Origin: Mobula birostris | Lineage: Eukaryota | Direction: 5' to 3' | DNA length: 64,000 nucleotides | Assembly (NCBI RefSeq): GCF_030028105.1 | Contig: NC_092388.1 | Coordinates: 32,049,684 to 32,113,683, forward strand | In this document: one piece after another, positions 13,229-24,513 of the stretch | How positions within the stretch are numbered: position 1 is the first letter of the stretch | How the letters are laid out: the number at the start of each line of letters is the position of its first letter | Translations under genes and position numbers: made by a program | The notes under the pieces: generated by a model | Database searches by the model: none | What the model saw: only the letters and a program-made list of their open reading frames with translations | What the model was told of the DNA's origin: nothing

Positions 13229-13270
<42 letters not shown>

Positions 13271-14225
13271 TCCCCCTCTCCCCCTCTCATTCTCACTCAC
13301 TCTCTCTCCCTTTTTCTCTCTCCCCTGGCTCCCTCCCTCTCTCCATCTCTCTCAATTTCTCTCCTCCTCTCACTCTCCCTCTCTCTCTATCTCTCCACCT
13401 CTCTCTCTCCCTACTTCTCTCCCTCCCTCTGCCTCTCATTTTCCCTGTCTCTCGCCCTCTCTCCCCCTCTCTTCTCCTCTTCCCCTCTCTCTCACTCTCT
13501 CTCCCTCCCTCCCTCCCTCTCTTTTCCCAGTCTCCATCTGTTTCTCCCTCCTTCTCTCCATCTGTCCCTCCCTATCCCATCTCTCCCTCCATCTGTCTCC
13601 CTCTCCCTCTATCTCTCTCTATCTTTCTCTCTACACCTCTTTCTCTCTCCTCCCCTTCCCTCTCTCCCTTCTTCTCTCTCTGCCCCTCTCTCTTCCCTCC
13701 CTCTCTCTCCCTCTCTCAATCCCTCTCTCTTTCCCCTCTCCTCTCTCTCTCCCTCTCCCTCCCTCCCTCTCTCTTCCCATTCTCCCTCCCTTTCGCGCTC
13801 CTTCTCTGCATCTCTCCCTCCCTATCCCTGTCTCTCTCCCTCTATCTATCTCTCCCTCCTTCTATCTCTCTCTATCCTTCTCTCTGCACCTTCTCTCTCT
13901 CCTCCCCTTCCCTCTCTCCCTTCCTCTCTGCCTTCCTCACTCTCTGCCCCTCTCTCTCCCTCTCTCAATCCCTCTCTCCACTCTGTCTCCCTCTCTGTCC
14001 CTCTCTGCCCCCTCAGCTTATCTCTCTCTCCAGCTCTCTCCCTCCCTCTCTCCCTTCCTCTCACACTCCCTCTCTCTCCCTCTCTGTCACCCCTCTCTCC
14101 CCTTTCACACTCCCTTTTCCTTCCTCTCTCCCTTCCTCTCTCTCTTCTCCCTCTCCTTCCCCCTCTCTGTCTCTCTCTCCACTTTTCTGTCTCCCTCCCT
14201 CTTTCTCACTTTCTCTCCCTCCCCT

Positions 14226-14297
<72 letters not shown>

Positions 14298-14719
14298 CTC
14301 TCTGCCCCCCCCCACCCATATCTCTCTCCCGCTCTCCCCTTCTCTCTTTCTCTCTCCCTCTCTGGCTACCCCTCTCTTGCCCCTCTCTCTCACCCCTCTC
14401 TCCTCTCTCTTCCTCTCTCAATCCCTCTCTTTCTCCTCTCCTTCCCCCTCTCTCTCCCTCTCTCTCCCCCTCTGTCCCTCTCACCCTTCTCTCTCTTTCC
14501 CTCTATCGCTCTCTCCGCCTGTCTCGCTCTCTGTCCCTCCTTCTCTGCCTCTCTCTCCCCCTCTCTTAAACTCCTTCCCATTCTCCCTCATTCTCTCCTT
14601 CTCTCTCTGTTTCTTTCCCTTTCACACTCTCCCTCTCTCTCTCCTCTCTCTATCTCTCCCCTTCTCTCTCTCCCTCTGTCTCCCCTTCTCTCCCTCCTTC
14701 TGCCTTTCACTTTCTCTGT

Positions 14720-14849
14720 NNNNNNNNNNNNNNNNNNNNNNNNNNNNNNNNNNNNNNNNNNNNNNNNNNNNNNNNNNNNNNNNNNNNNNNNNNNNNNNNN
14801 NNNNNNNNNNNNNNNNNNNNNNNNNNNNNNNNNNNNNNNNNNNNNNNNN
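14720..14849. other. Assembly gap (130 N)
   Basis: Run of N inside the CT tract. Confidence 1.
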
Positions 14850-16599
14850 CCTTCCCTTTCTCTCTCCTTCTCTCACTCCACCTCTTCCTCCCTATCCCCA
14901 TCTTTCTCTCTATCTCTCTATTTTTCCCTCTGCACATCTCTATCTTTCTCTCTGCACCTCTCTCTTTCCTTCCCCCTCTCTGTCCCTCTCACCCATCTCT
15001 CTCTCTGCCTCTCTGCCCCCTCAACACTCTCTCCCTCTCTCTCCCCACTTCTTTCCCTCTCTCTCATTTTCTCTTTCTGCTTCCCTCTCTCTCTTCCTCC
15101 CCCTCTCCCTCTCTATTCCTCCCTCTCTCACTCGCTCTCTCCTTCCCCTCTCTCTCACTCTCTCTCCCTCCCTCTTCCTCTCACTCTCCCTCCCTCTATC
15201 TCTCTCTTCCTCTCTCACTTCCTTTCTCTCTCCATCTCCTCTCTCTCTATCTTTCTGCCCTCCTCGCCCTCTCTCCCTCTCTCCTTCTATCTCTTCTTCC
15301 CTCTCTCTCCCTCACTCTCTCCCTCTCTCTTTCTCTCTCCCTCACTCTATCCCTCTCTCACTCTCTCTCTCCTCTCCCTGTCTCCCTCACCCTCTCTTTC
15401 TTTCTCTTTCTCTCATACCAGATTACAATAATTGTTCTCCAAATAAGACTGATGGTGTGATATGTTTCTCACCTGATTGGCCTCTTGCAACTTGATTGAG
15501 TTGTAAATCAGTGCCTTCAACAAAAATTGGCTTGGGTTATGAATTGATCAGGTGATTGGAATCAGGACATAGAATGCAAGTTGCAATCGATGGGAATTTT
15601 ACCCATATCTCATACTTCCGCTATATTTTTGTAATCTCTGCATTTTTTCGTATTGTTTTTGCACAATCAGACAAGCAGAAGTAGAGCTATGAATATATGA
15701 CTGTTTCTCAACATAACGTGTTCTACAATTAATATGTGCTGGACTGGTGGTTTTTTCCATCGTGGCCCAGCAGCGGCCTTGACCTTGAAACTCACCCAAG
15801 TGGAATATATCATGTGGAATTAAAGCCCAGGTACCTGGTGATGAGAGAGATGCAGCTGAGGAAGTTTAATGATTGATCAACCCTTGAGGTTTGTATGGAT
15901 TTTTAAAGGCTGAGCAGAATCTGGAGGTATTGAGTGGAGGATGCTGTGCGCAATCTTCAGGAGTTTGATAAGGTTCTGGGGATGGGCTTTCAGCTGGTCA
16001 AAGTTTGCTGCCTTATTGAACAGTTAGGAATGGGAGAGATAGAACCTTTGGCCATGAAGTTTAGAGATGTTTGGGGATCTGAATGTCAGAGGAATCATGA
16101 GCCCATAGCGCCCTGAGGCCTAAGGTTCCACGGAGCTTTTAGGGATTGGCAGCAGAGCAATCAGCAACAGGGTCAGGCACTGAAGAGAGACTCATATCTG
16201 AGATGGTACTGTTGGACGAGAGACACCAGATTATAAGAAGTTAGGTAATGAAATCTGGTGCATTCACAATCCAGAGTAGCATTATTAAAGCACTCCTCTC
16301 CTGGGAGAATCTGGTGATAGACACTCTCAAGACAATGTGAATGTATTTCTCCACTACCACTCACGGTATGATGTCATTTGATGTGCCATTTGACTCATAA
16401 GTATAATGCACATCATAAAGTGCACCATTGAATTTTTGGGGTCATGGTAAATAGACATGGCCACCTTTCCCTCAGGGGAAAAAGTTTATCTTTATTTCCA
16501 TAGTGCTAAAATGAACAATTTCTTTAAACTTTTGCTCCTTATTACAGCAACCAGCTTACTATAAATCCTCAAATACAACTGTCACTATGAGTCACTTGC

Positions 16600-17790
16600 C
16601 TGCATATCCTAGAAGATTTCTTACTGCTCCCGTTGTCCTCGCTCCCCCGTCTCCTCTCTCCATTTTCTCTCTCTCCTTTTGTTCCTCCTACAACTGCTGC
16701 AGCTGCCCGTGCCCAGCTCCACTTACTAACAAGATTTCACAATGTGTGCAGGTGATATTAAATCTGATTCTGACTCTGGTTCCATCTGACCATCACTCAC
16801 ACCCTTCTACCACTGAATCCGCACTCCCCACTGTTCGCAGCCATCCACTACACCTCTCTTATTTGGACCCATGCTCTACCTTCCTCTTCTGTGAAATTCC
16901 ATCATCTGTAGCACTGTCTATTCCAGCTTTCACTCTGCACCTCTGTTGCTATTTAATCTCTACCCTTCTCATTCTGCCTATTGTCCCTCCTCATTTGTAT
17001 CCACATATCACTTGCTAGATCTTGCTGCACCCCTTCCCTTCACCCCTTTGTTCAGCGTCTCTCTGCTTTGGTCTTTCAGTCCAGATTCACTCCATCCTGA
17101 TCAAAAAAGGTGCAACAGCACCTTTATTTCCTGCGGAGCATCAAGAAAGCTCACCTCTGTCCCAGGATACTGACGGAGTTTTACCGCTGTACCATTGAGA
17201 GCATACTCACCAACTGCATCTCAGTGTGGTATGGCAGTTGTCCCCTATCGGACCACAAAGCACTCCAGCGTGTGGTGAAAACTGCCCAGCAGATTATCGG
17301 CACCCAATTGCCCACCATTGAGAACATCTACCATAAACGCTGCCTGGGCAGGGCGGAAGGCATTATCAAGAATGCATCTCACCCTAACCATGGACTTTTT
17401 ACTCTCCTCCCATCCAGTAGGCGCTACAGGAGCCTCCGCTCCCACACCAGCAGGCACAGGAAGAGCTTCTTCCCTGAGGTTGTGACACTGCTGAACCTCA
17501 CATCACAGCACTATGCAGTATTGCACCCATATTGTACTGTCTCAGTACTTTTATGTTTGTGTGCTGTAGTAGTTACTTTTTATTAGCAGTTATTTTGTAA
17601 ATAACACTATTCTTTGCATTTCTGGCCAGATGCTAACTGCATTTCATTGGCTTTGTATCTGTACTCGGCACAATGACAATAAAGTTGAATCTAATCTAAT
17701 CTAATCTAATGAAGGGTCTCACCCAAAATGTTGACTGTCCATTTCTCTCCACAGATGCTGATTTTTTTCAGGTATTTTGTTTGTTACTCC
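16600..17790 (+). mobile_element. Penelope-like 3' region / terminal repeat, split by a Rex insertion
   Basis: Pyrimidine-rich Penelope-type 3' region; CAGTCCAGAT (17077-17086) rejoins GAAGGGTCTCACCCAAAATGTTGACTG..ACAGATGCTG (17711 onward). Confidence 0.6.
17087..17710 (+). mobile_element. Rex1/Babar LINE 3' fragment (5'-truncated)
   Basis: ORF 17110..17586 QQHLYFLR..FYRCTIESILTNCISVWYG..LQRVVKTAQ..SHPNHGLFTLLPS..SFFPE; AATAAA and (CTAAT)n tail. Confidence 0.9.
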
Positions 17791-18842
17791 TTGAATAAAT
17801 GTACTTCTCAGCTTCTTTTTGTAAAACTTTATTTCCGTATTATTGTATAACATAGAATTTATATTTGTCAATGCATTTCACTTTGACAAATGTAGTTTTC
17901 TTTAGAAAAATGACTTGCATGAATAAGGTATTTTAATTTCTGAGTCAGTGGCAGCAGTAAGGTACCTCAAAACCAGCACATAGCAAAATGTCAGTGCGGC
18001 TCATTAGCATTAAGGGTGATACTATTGTGGCAGAGCTAGGAAGGTTACTGCAACAGTTAACAGTCTGTTTTCAAGTATGTTTTTTATGAAGTAAATTCTA
18101 ATCAAAACCTTTAAATTGAAGCATTTTACACAAGTGTACAGTTTGAAATTTACATCATAATAATCAAAATCACATACTGCATCAAAAATTATAGCCCCGG
18201 CAGCATTCAGCTTTTGTTAGCAAAAGGTTGCATTGTGAGGACCACATGGTCTACCTAATTCCCCTCGGTGAAGGGAGATTCTGAATGGTAGGGGGAGTGA
18301 CTAAATAGTCAGTTTCGTCTTGCCAGAGCAATGTTTGAGATTGCTTCTCGCAGCAGGAAAGTGCATTCTGCACCACAGTCCCAGTGTTTGTGGTTGCAGG
18401 CATGAGATAAAGCAATTCTGAGATAACCATCAATCTTAATTTCAGAGCCCAAGGCAAGCTGAGCAAGAGGGCAGTCTCCATCTTGCCTCCCCTATTGGAC
18501 TTACTCATGTCCGGGATACAGAAAAGGACTTGACGAGATGCCAACTCCTCAGGTGAAAGACCAAAGCCCCCTTTGAAATGCGCACATATTATTTTCAGAT
18601 CTTTGCAAGGCCAAGTGTTCAATCATGGAATAGATCATAGCAGTTAATGTCCACTTCTGCCATTGATCAAGGAGAATGGACTGGCTTTAGAGAACTCCCT
18701 AATTAATGCAAGCACAATGCAGCTGGGTTCTACCATTCAGAGTGTCCAACCTGAATAAATCTGTTAGAGGTAGATAGTGAAGTGTCTACTTCTAACATTA
18801 CATTCAACTACAACAGATTCAGTAAGGATATATAGCTCCCCA

Positions 18843-19970
18843 CTACACATGATCTTGAAGATGCAGGTCAAAATCCGAATAATTGCGAGAGCTGTTCTGT
18901 TTGGTGCTGGAGGTGTTTGGTTCTTTGCACACACTCAAGTAGGGGAACCTTTTACTTGCGACCCTGAATAGATGTTCCCTGAACTTTGTACCCACAAAAG
19001 CATAAAAGAAAGGATTTAGACAGCAGTGGAAATAAGCAAAGTTCCGGCAAATGAAAAGTGCATAAGTCAAGTTATTCTCTGCAGCACAGGTTGAAAGGGA
19101 TGGTACCTGTAGGTCATGTAAAGAATGTAGGAAAATAATTATATTGTAAGGTGCCCAACACAATAAGAAGACCACCACAATGCAAAATATAACTTTCACT
19201 GTTTTTTGCTTCCTCTTAGCTTTACACTTAACAACAGTATTGAATATTTTATAATAAGATAACACAATCACCGTGAAAGGGATTAAGAAGAACAAGATAT
19301 TCTGTTGATAACATCCGAACTGTTGCCATATTAGTTCACTCCCCTTTGGATAAGAACTGGTACAAAGAAAGCTTTGGTCCCCATTAACAAGGACATCAGA
19401 AAAGATCATTTCAGGGACTGTGGCTAAAATGCTAATGCACCAAACTGCTGAACAGGCCACCACACCATAGCAGAGACTTTTGATTCTCATGGCAGGCAGG
19501 GCATGAACCACAGCAAAGTATCGGTGTACAGTCATCAATGTCAGCAGCAAGATCCCACTGTAGTAGCCAACAAAGAATACCGCAGTCATTATCTTGCACA
19601 TGCCCTTGCCGAAAATCCACCCATGTTCATGATCCACAGCCCAGAACGGAAGTGAGCAGGTGAAGAGCAGATCAGAGGCGACTAAGTTCAAAATAAAGAT
19701 GTCTGTTATACTTTTTAGCTTCTCGTGTTTTATCAGGATCCACAAAACTAAAATATTTCCAATTAGGCTGAAAATAAAGATAAGACTGTACCAGACTTGT
19801 GTAAATATTGATCCAAATGAATTAACATGAGCGTTCTCACACAATTGAACATAGTCTGTGTCATTGTCCCCTGAATAATCATAATTGTAATCATTAAAAG
19901 TGGTGCTGTTCCCCGTACTTTTTTGGTCAAAGAGTGTTGAATTTTCCAATGGTAATATTTTTGTCCCCAT
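18843..19970 (-). CDS. XCR1: Chemokine XC receptor 1-like GPCR, copy A (375 aa from MGTKIL; HRY motif)
   Basis: Intact 7TM ORF: Tyr/Asp-rich N-terminus with NST/NDT sequons, GNILVLWILIKHEKLKS, LVASDL, SLPFW, MTVHRY (His for Asp as in human XCR1), CWAPYN, CRNFAYFHCCLNPFFY; canonical Cys in N-terminus, TM3, ECL2 and ECL3. Splice acceptor TTCTTCTGCAG 6 nt before the ATG at 19970; the track's 20030 start is a non-ATG extension. Confidence 0.9.
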   Translation of the reverse strand: MGTKILPLENSTLFDQKSTGNSTTFNDYNYDYSGDNDTDYVQLCENAHVNSFGSIFTQVWYSLIFIFSLIGNILVLWILIKHEKLKSITDIFILNLVASDLLFTCSLPFWAVDHEHGWIFGKGMCKIMTAVFFVGYYSGILLLTLMTVHRYFAVVHALPAMRIKSLCYGVVACSAVWCISILATVPEMIFSDVLVNGDQSFLCTSSYPKGSELIWQQFGCYQQNILFFLIPFTVIVLSYYKIFNTVVKCKAKRKQKTVKVIFCIVVVFLLCWAPYNIIIFLHSLHDLQVPSLSTCAAENNLTYALFICRNFAYFHCCLNPFFYAFVGTKFREHLFRVASKRFPYLSVCKEPNTSSTKQNSSRNYSDFDLHLQDHV

Positions 19971-20129
19971 CACGAACTGCAGAAGAAGATAAATAATAAG
20001 ATTTATTGTGAATTTGGTAGAAGAGTACAAGTAAATACTTGGGTTCAGAAATATCGTACCTTCTTATATTCCTAGACCATCATGCCAGAATTTGAGAAAA
20101 GGCTGAAGGTGCACTGGTGCAGGTCCAGA

Positions 20130-20600
20130 ATTACCTTACAGTACAGTAGCAGACACACAGCTTCTCTTTAATACCTTCAATTAACTCTTCCTCTGCATAA
20201 ATATAATCCCACTTCTCCCTCTAATTCAACTGCTCCCTTCTACCTCTCGCCCAGATGTTTTGACCTGACCGACCCATGAGAAGAGAGTGTGCCTTAAAAC
20301 ATTTTCGTAAACAACATGAAAAAAGCTAATCTAGTAGTACAGAGAGTAGATAAATGCTTTCTATTCAACCCAATGAAAATAACTTCAGGACTTACCTTAA
20401 GTAATTATTCTTCAAGCAATAATTTGTAAATCTTGAATGTTTTAAAATCAGCCAATAGCCATCCTCATCTGCAAGAATCTTTTAAGACTAATTTGAAACT
20501 TAGTGATGCATGGCACAGATGAATTTGTCAGCTAGTTTGAAATCACACTCTATAACATCACTGCGGTTTACTGTAGAAACTCAAAAGGGGAAGTGCATTG
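20130..20600 (-). promoter_or_regulatory. Candidate 5' UTR exon(s) and promoter of XCR1 copy A
   Basis: Minus-strand donors AAG|GTAATT (~20135) and AAG|GTAAGT (~20396); TATATTTAT at ~20197-20205; RUNX-like TGCGGTT 20562-20568; PU.1-type AAAAGGGGAAGTG 20583-20595. Motif evidence only. Confidence 0.35.
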
Positions 20601-21029
20601 AGACTTGCTATGCTTCAGAGAACTTTTGGAGCCACGACATTAATGAAGTATAAGAAAAATCTTTTGTACTGTTCCAAATTTCTCCTCCTAATTTCAGACC
20701 CAGCGCCCTGTGATAACTCTCAACAGTTTGAAATATAATCTGAAATCATCCAACCATCTAGTAACAAGTTATACCATCGCTATCACTAAAGTGCTCCTTG
20801 TCTCCATTGCATAAATACTGCTCCTTTTGAAGGGTATTGCAGAGCATCCCAGCAACTTTCAAATGCTCCCCCTTTTGATCTATATCTATTACAGAGGGGC
20901 ATCTTCTTTTTATATACAACATGAACAATGCTTTTATAGTTCCATTAAACTGGGTGCAGAAGGGAAGTGTTCCGCTTAGTCACTACGTCTACGGCATAGT
21001 TTACAGCTCATTTTCAGAACCTTCTTTAT

Positions 21030-21190
21030 CAGGACACAAGAGATTGTGCAGATGCCAAAAATCTTGAGCAACATCGAAAATTCTGGAGGAGCTCAGCAAG
21101 TCAGGCAGCTTATGTGTGTTGGTGGTGGGGGGATGGGAAACGGGTGGAATAAACAGTCGATATTCTGGCTGAGACTCTTCACCAGGACTC
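21030..21190 (-). mobile_element. Penelope terminal-repeat fragment with decayed hammerhead motif
   Basis: Same family as 8000-8273; the reverse strand of 21154-21190 reads GAGTCCTGGTGAAGAGTCTCAGCCAGAATATCGACTG. Confidence 0.65.
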
Positions 21191-21484
21191 ATTTATACAT
21201 TATGACATTACATACTGTATGAATTGTTTCGTTACCTTTATATCAATTGATGAACAATGATGATAATAAGAAGAAGCACTTCTATGCATCATGGTATAAT
21301 AAAGTATTAATAATAAAGTATTACAAAGTGCTTTACAGAAGTGTGATAAAATAAACATAGAAACAATAAAGAAGATATCAGTTGGATGTCTAATCTTGAT
21401 CAAAGTGAAGGGTTGGAGAAGGGAGAAAACCCTATATCCCAGCACTAGATTATAAAAGTAACACCTATCAATTGAGAGGCAGAC

Positions 21485-21800
21485 AAAGTTCAAAATTCTA
21501 AGTAAGTTTATTATGAAAGTACTTATATATCACCATGTACAACCCTAGAGATTCATTTCCTTGTAAGTAAGAACACAGTAAATTCAAGAAACACAAAATT
21601 CAAAGCTCAAAGTTCAAAGTAAATCTATTATCAAAATGCATACAGTATAGATCACCATATATAACACTGAGATTCATTTTTTGTAAGCACACTCAATAAG
21701 TCCAATAATCATAATAGAATCAATGAAAGACCACACCAACAAGGTGGACAACCAGTTGGCTCAAAAACAACAAACTGTACAAGTACAAAAAGAAACAGAA
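21485..21800 (-). mobile_element. Two tandem Rex-type LINE 3' tails
   Basis: AAAGTTCAAA..TTATTATsAAA..CACCATrTAyAAC.CT..GAGATTCATTT occurs twice; reverse complement of the tail at ~30950-31010. Confidence 0.6.
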
Positions 21801-22749
21801 GCTGGACATTCAACCCAACCAACATGTTTTCTTTCATCTTCTACTCAAGCCCTTCTCAGTCTTTCTTCTCATGCAATATCCTCTGCATACTCCTCTTTCA
21901 AGCACACTTGTTCATCTTCTACTTAAATGCTATTCACTTCAACCACTCCCTGTTGTAGCAAGTTCCACATTCCTTCCACTCCCAGGGTAAAGAAGCCTCT
22001 TCTGACTTATGGATTTCTTTGTAGTTAACTGATTTTGAGGGCCTCTGGTTTTGCTCTTCCGCTCAATTGGAAACAGTTTCTCTACACTCCTCTATCAAAA
22101 TCCTTCATAATTACAATATATTACTATGCACATGTTTCTGGACAACTTACTGTAAAGATCAATAAAACTCCAGGACAATCTAGTATAATTAACTTCTATT
22201 TATACTGCTACATAAGAATTGGCTTTGAGTCTAACTAAACTGATATAGCCAGTTTTGGTCTCTTGAATGCTAGATATGGCAAAAAAAAGCACAAAATATG
22301 TTGAAAGTGAGCCCATACAATAATCTTTAGCTTTAAAATGATTGTAACAATGGGAAATCAAAGAGTAATTATCCAGGATTTTCCCCCCTCTATTGGACTA
22401 ATATTTTCATAATTTTATGTTTGTCGTTCTTTGAAGGTTGCATGATTGGTAGGTGAAAATTACTGGAGTACGTCGTGATGAATTGCTACATGATAGCTTG
22501 GGATTAGTTTATCTTTGGATTTTTTTTAATGTTACTGCAGGGACTAGTATCAAAACATTAATCTGTTCATTGCTTCTTTCTTCCCTCTCTTTGCATTGGA
22601 TTCTCTACATTCTTTATATTCTTCTCAGTCTGGCTGTTCTGTCTATTTCTTTCTCTCCTTGCTTATCTTTCATTCCTTTCACTGAAATCATTGAGTTTAG
22701 TCAGACGTCAGCTGGAGGACTTCATGTAGTACTGGTCAACAGACTATAG

Positions 22750-23760
22750 AAAGATTTTGATGGAGTTACAGAGGAGATTTACTGCGACATTGCCGACATG
22801 AAGTGATTCAGTTACAAAGACAGACAAGAGAGGCGAGGACAGTTTTCCCTGAACCAGAGGATGTTAAAAGGGGGAATTAACAGGGGTACAATTTTCCCTC
22901 TAATTTTTTTTTACAGCTGCGCAGACTAACCTTTACGCTGGGCAGAAAATTCTTTCAAGGCCTGAAAACTGCATGGCAATTTATATGTTTTTATTTCTAA
23001 TATGCACATCAAGAAACACAAATCACAACTCACAACACAAGTAAACGATGTCAGGCAGTCAAAACAACTGACCGGCACTGTGGCAAAAATAAAATGTTTT
23101 GACGAGATGGCATCGGTGTTCAGCAGGCTGGCTACTAACTTCCATTCTGTGCTTACTGGCGCAATTTGTAACTGTGTTGTAACTTGAAATACTGACAATG
23201 TAAATAGATTGAAGTTCTAAAATGTATCAAAGTACAGGTTGTGATACACTTATAATTTAGAAAATTTATGTATTGCATTGATTAATACCTAATTAATTAA
23301 TTACAGGGTTTTTCACAATTATATTAACATAGATTTCAAAATTATATTAACATTATATAAAAGAAAATTCCAGCTGCCCAGCAACAAAATTTACATACAC
23401 GGGAGCATTTCAGCTACCATGCAGCTTAGGGGAACAGTGCTACGGTATATAAGCTGAAGGGGGCTAACCATAGGATGGAACTGCACAAAAATATTCCCCT
23501 TATCAGATACAGATAAAACTAGTGGACATAGATTTAGGTTTAAGCATAAGGGGTTCAGAGGGGATCTGAGGGGAATACTTTTACTCAGAGAGAGTGGGAG
23601 AAACAGAATTGCTGACAGCATTTAAGAAGGATCTAGACAAGCACTTGAATAGCTGCAGCATAGAGATAATGGCCAAATTCTGGAAATTTGAATGAATACA
23701 GATGAGTGCCCCAGTCAGCGTGGCCTTGCTAGTCCAGATGGCCCATTTTCATGCTGACTG
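22750..23760 (+). mobile_element. Old CR1 3' remnant split by a MITE
   Basis: CAGAGGAGATTTAC..(QRRFT) before 22889 and ..ACTAGTGGACATAGATTTAGG..TTTTACTCAGAGAG after 23439. Confidence 0.6.
22889..23439. mobile_element. hAT-like non-autonomous element (MITE)
   Basis: Imperfect TIRs CAATTTTCCCTCTAA / TTAGGGGAACAGTG; flanks CAGGGGTA / CTACGGTA (5/8, a possible decayed 8-bp TSD); cleanly interrupts a CR1 remnant. Confidence 0.6.
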
Positions 23761-23794
23761 ATTCTGACTCAACAATGTTGATACTCTATAAGAC

Positions 23795-24170
23795 ATGCAT
23801 TTATATTGCACCCTTCAGGAAACAAGGGTTTTGCACAGCCTTTTATGTGTTGTTGTACAGCATGCCAGTAAAATTACGTTAGCAAGTTCTGGCAAGCTGC
23901 AATGAGGCATATGCATAAGCAATTAGCTTTAATCACGTTTGAAAGATAGGCATCGGACTGCCGCTTGCTTTGGCCATCTGAGATGATAGGTGGACTTGGA
24001 CTGGCATCTCTTGCAAAGACTGACATCTCTGATAGAGCAGGGCAACTCTGTACCGCACTACCCTGGAGCATTGTACAGAGAATCAACATAGATTGTGTGC
24101 TCATGTCTGGAGTGAAACTAGAACTTTTGGCTATCTTACTCAGAAAGAAATATGCTGTTGCAAGGCTGAC
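23795..24170 (-). mobile_element. Ancient tRNA-derived SINE (Deu-SINE/SacSINE1-like), strongly decayed
   Basis: AAAGACTGACATCTCTGATAGAGCAG..TAGATTGTGTGCTCATGTCTGGAGTGAAACTAGAAC..TTACTCAGA resembles the antisense of the recalled consensus; L2-like tail TGCATTTATATTGCACC near 23795. Confidence 0.45.
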
Positions 24171-24513
24171 CCATCCAAGTAAGCTCTGTACTCAACCTAT
24201 ATACATAGCAATTGCTGTGAATATATTTCACAATGTAAAGGAATGGACGCTTATTGAAATGCAATGGGTTTGACCCTATATATAGCCAGAGTGAATGTAA
24301 TGAATGGCTGAATTCAATCTGCCTTACTTTTAATTAGTTAGATTAATTCTGTGTCATTACGACATCAGAAGTTATCTTACTATAACTGGGAAGCTTAGAT
24401 AAAAGTGGTTAGACTGGTAAGTAGTAAATGGATCATTTCACTGTAAATGACCATTTAAGATATCCTGTAAATAACCAATTCTATCTTTCACTGGCTTCTT
24501 AACAAGTTAGGAA

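Larger units (their letters stand above)
11250..15415. repeat. ~4.2 kb CT-rich polypyrimidine low-complexity tract with embedded (TG)n at ~13231-13268 and pure (CT)n at ~14237-14295
   Basis: Almost only C/T on the + strand; it generates the spurious S/L/P-rich and E/R/G-rich ORFs. Confidence 0.97.

Noticed and set aside
11066-15495. Very long ORFs (985, 816, 639 and 308 aa) rich in Ser/Leu/Pro, and antisense Glu/Arg/Gly ORFs
   Set aside because: CT-only sequence cannot encode stop codons; all three frames are open and the longest cross an N gap. This is a low-complexity artefact.
18251-18622. 123-aa ORF just downstream of XCR1 copy A
   Set aside because: Non-ATG start, no recognisable domain, and it lies in the probable 3' UTR.
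19971-20030. N-terminal extensions given by the ORF track for the receptors (also 25588-25608)
   Set aside because: They begin at TTG codons; the copy A extension also runs through a splice acceptor into intron. The first in-frame ATGs were used instead.
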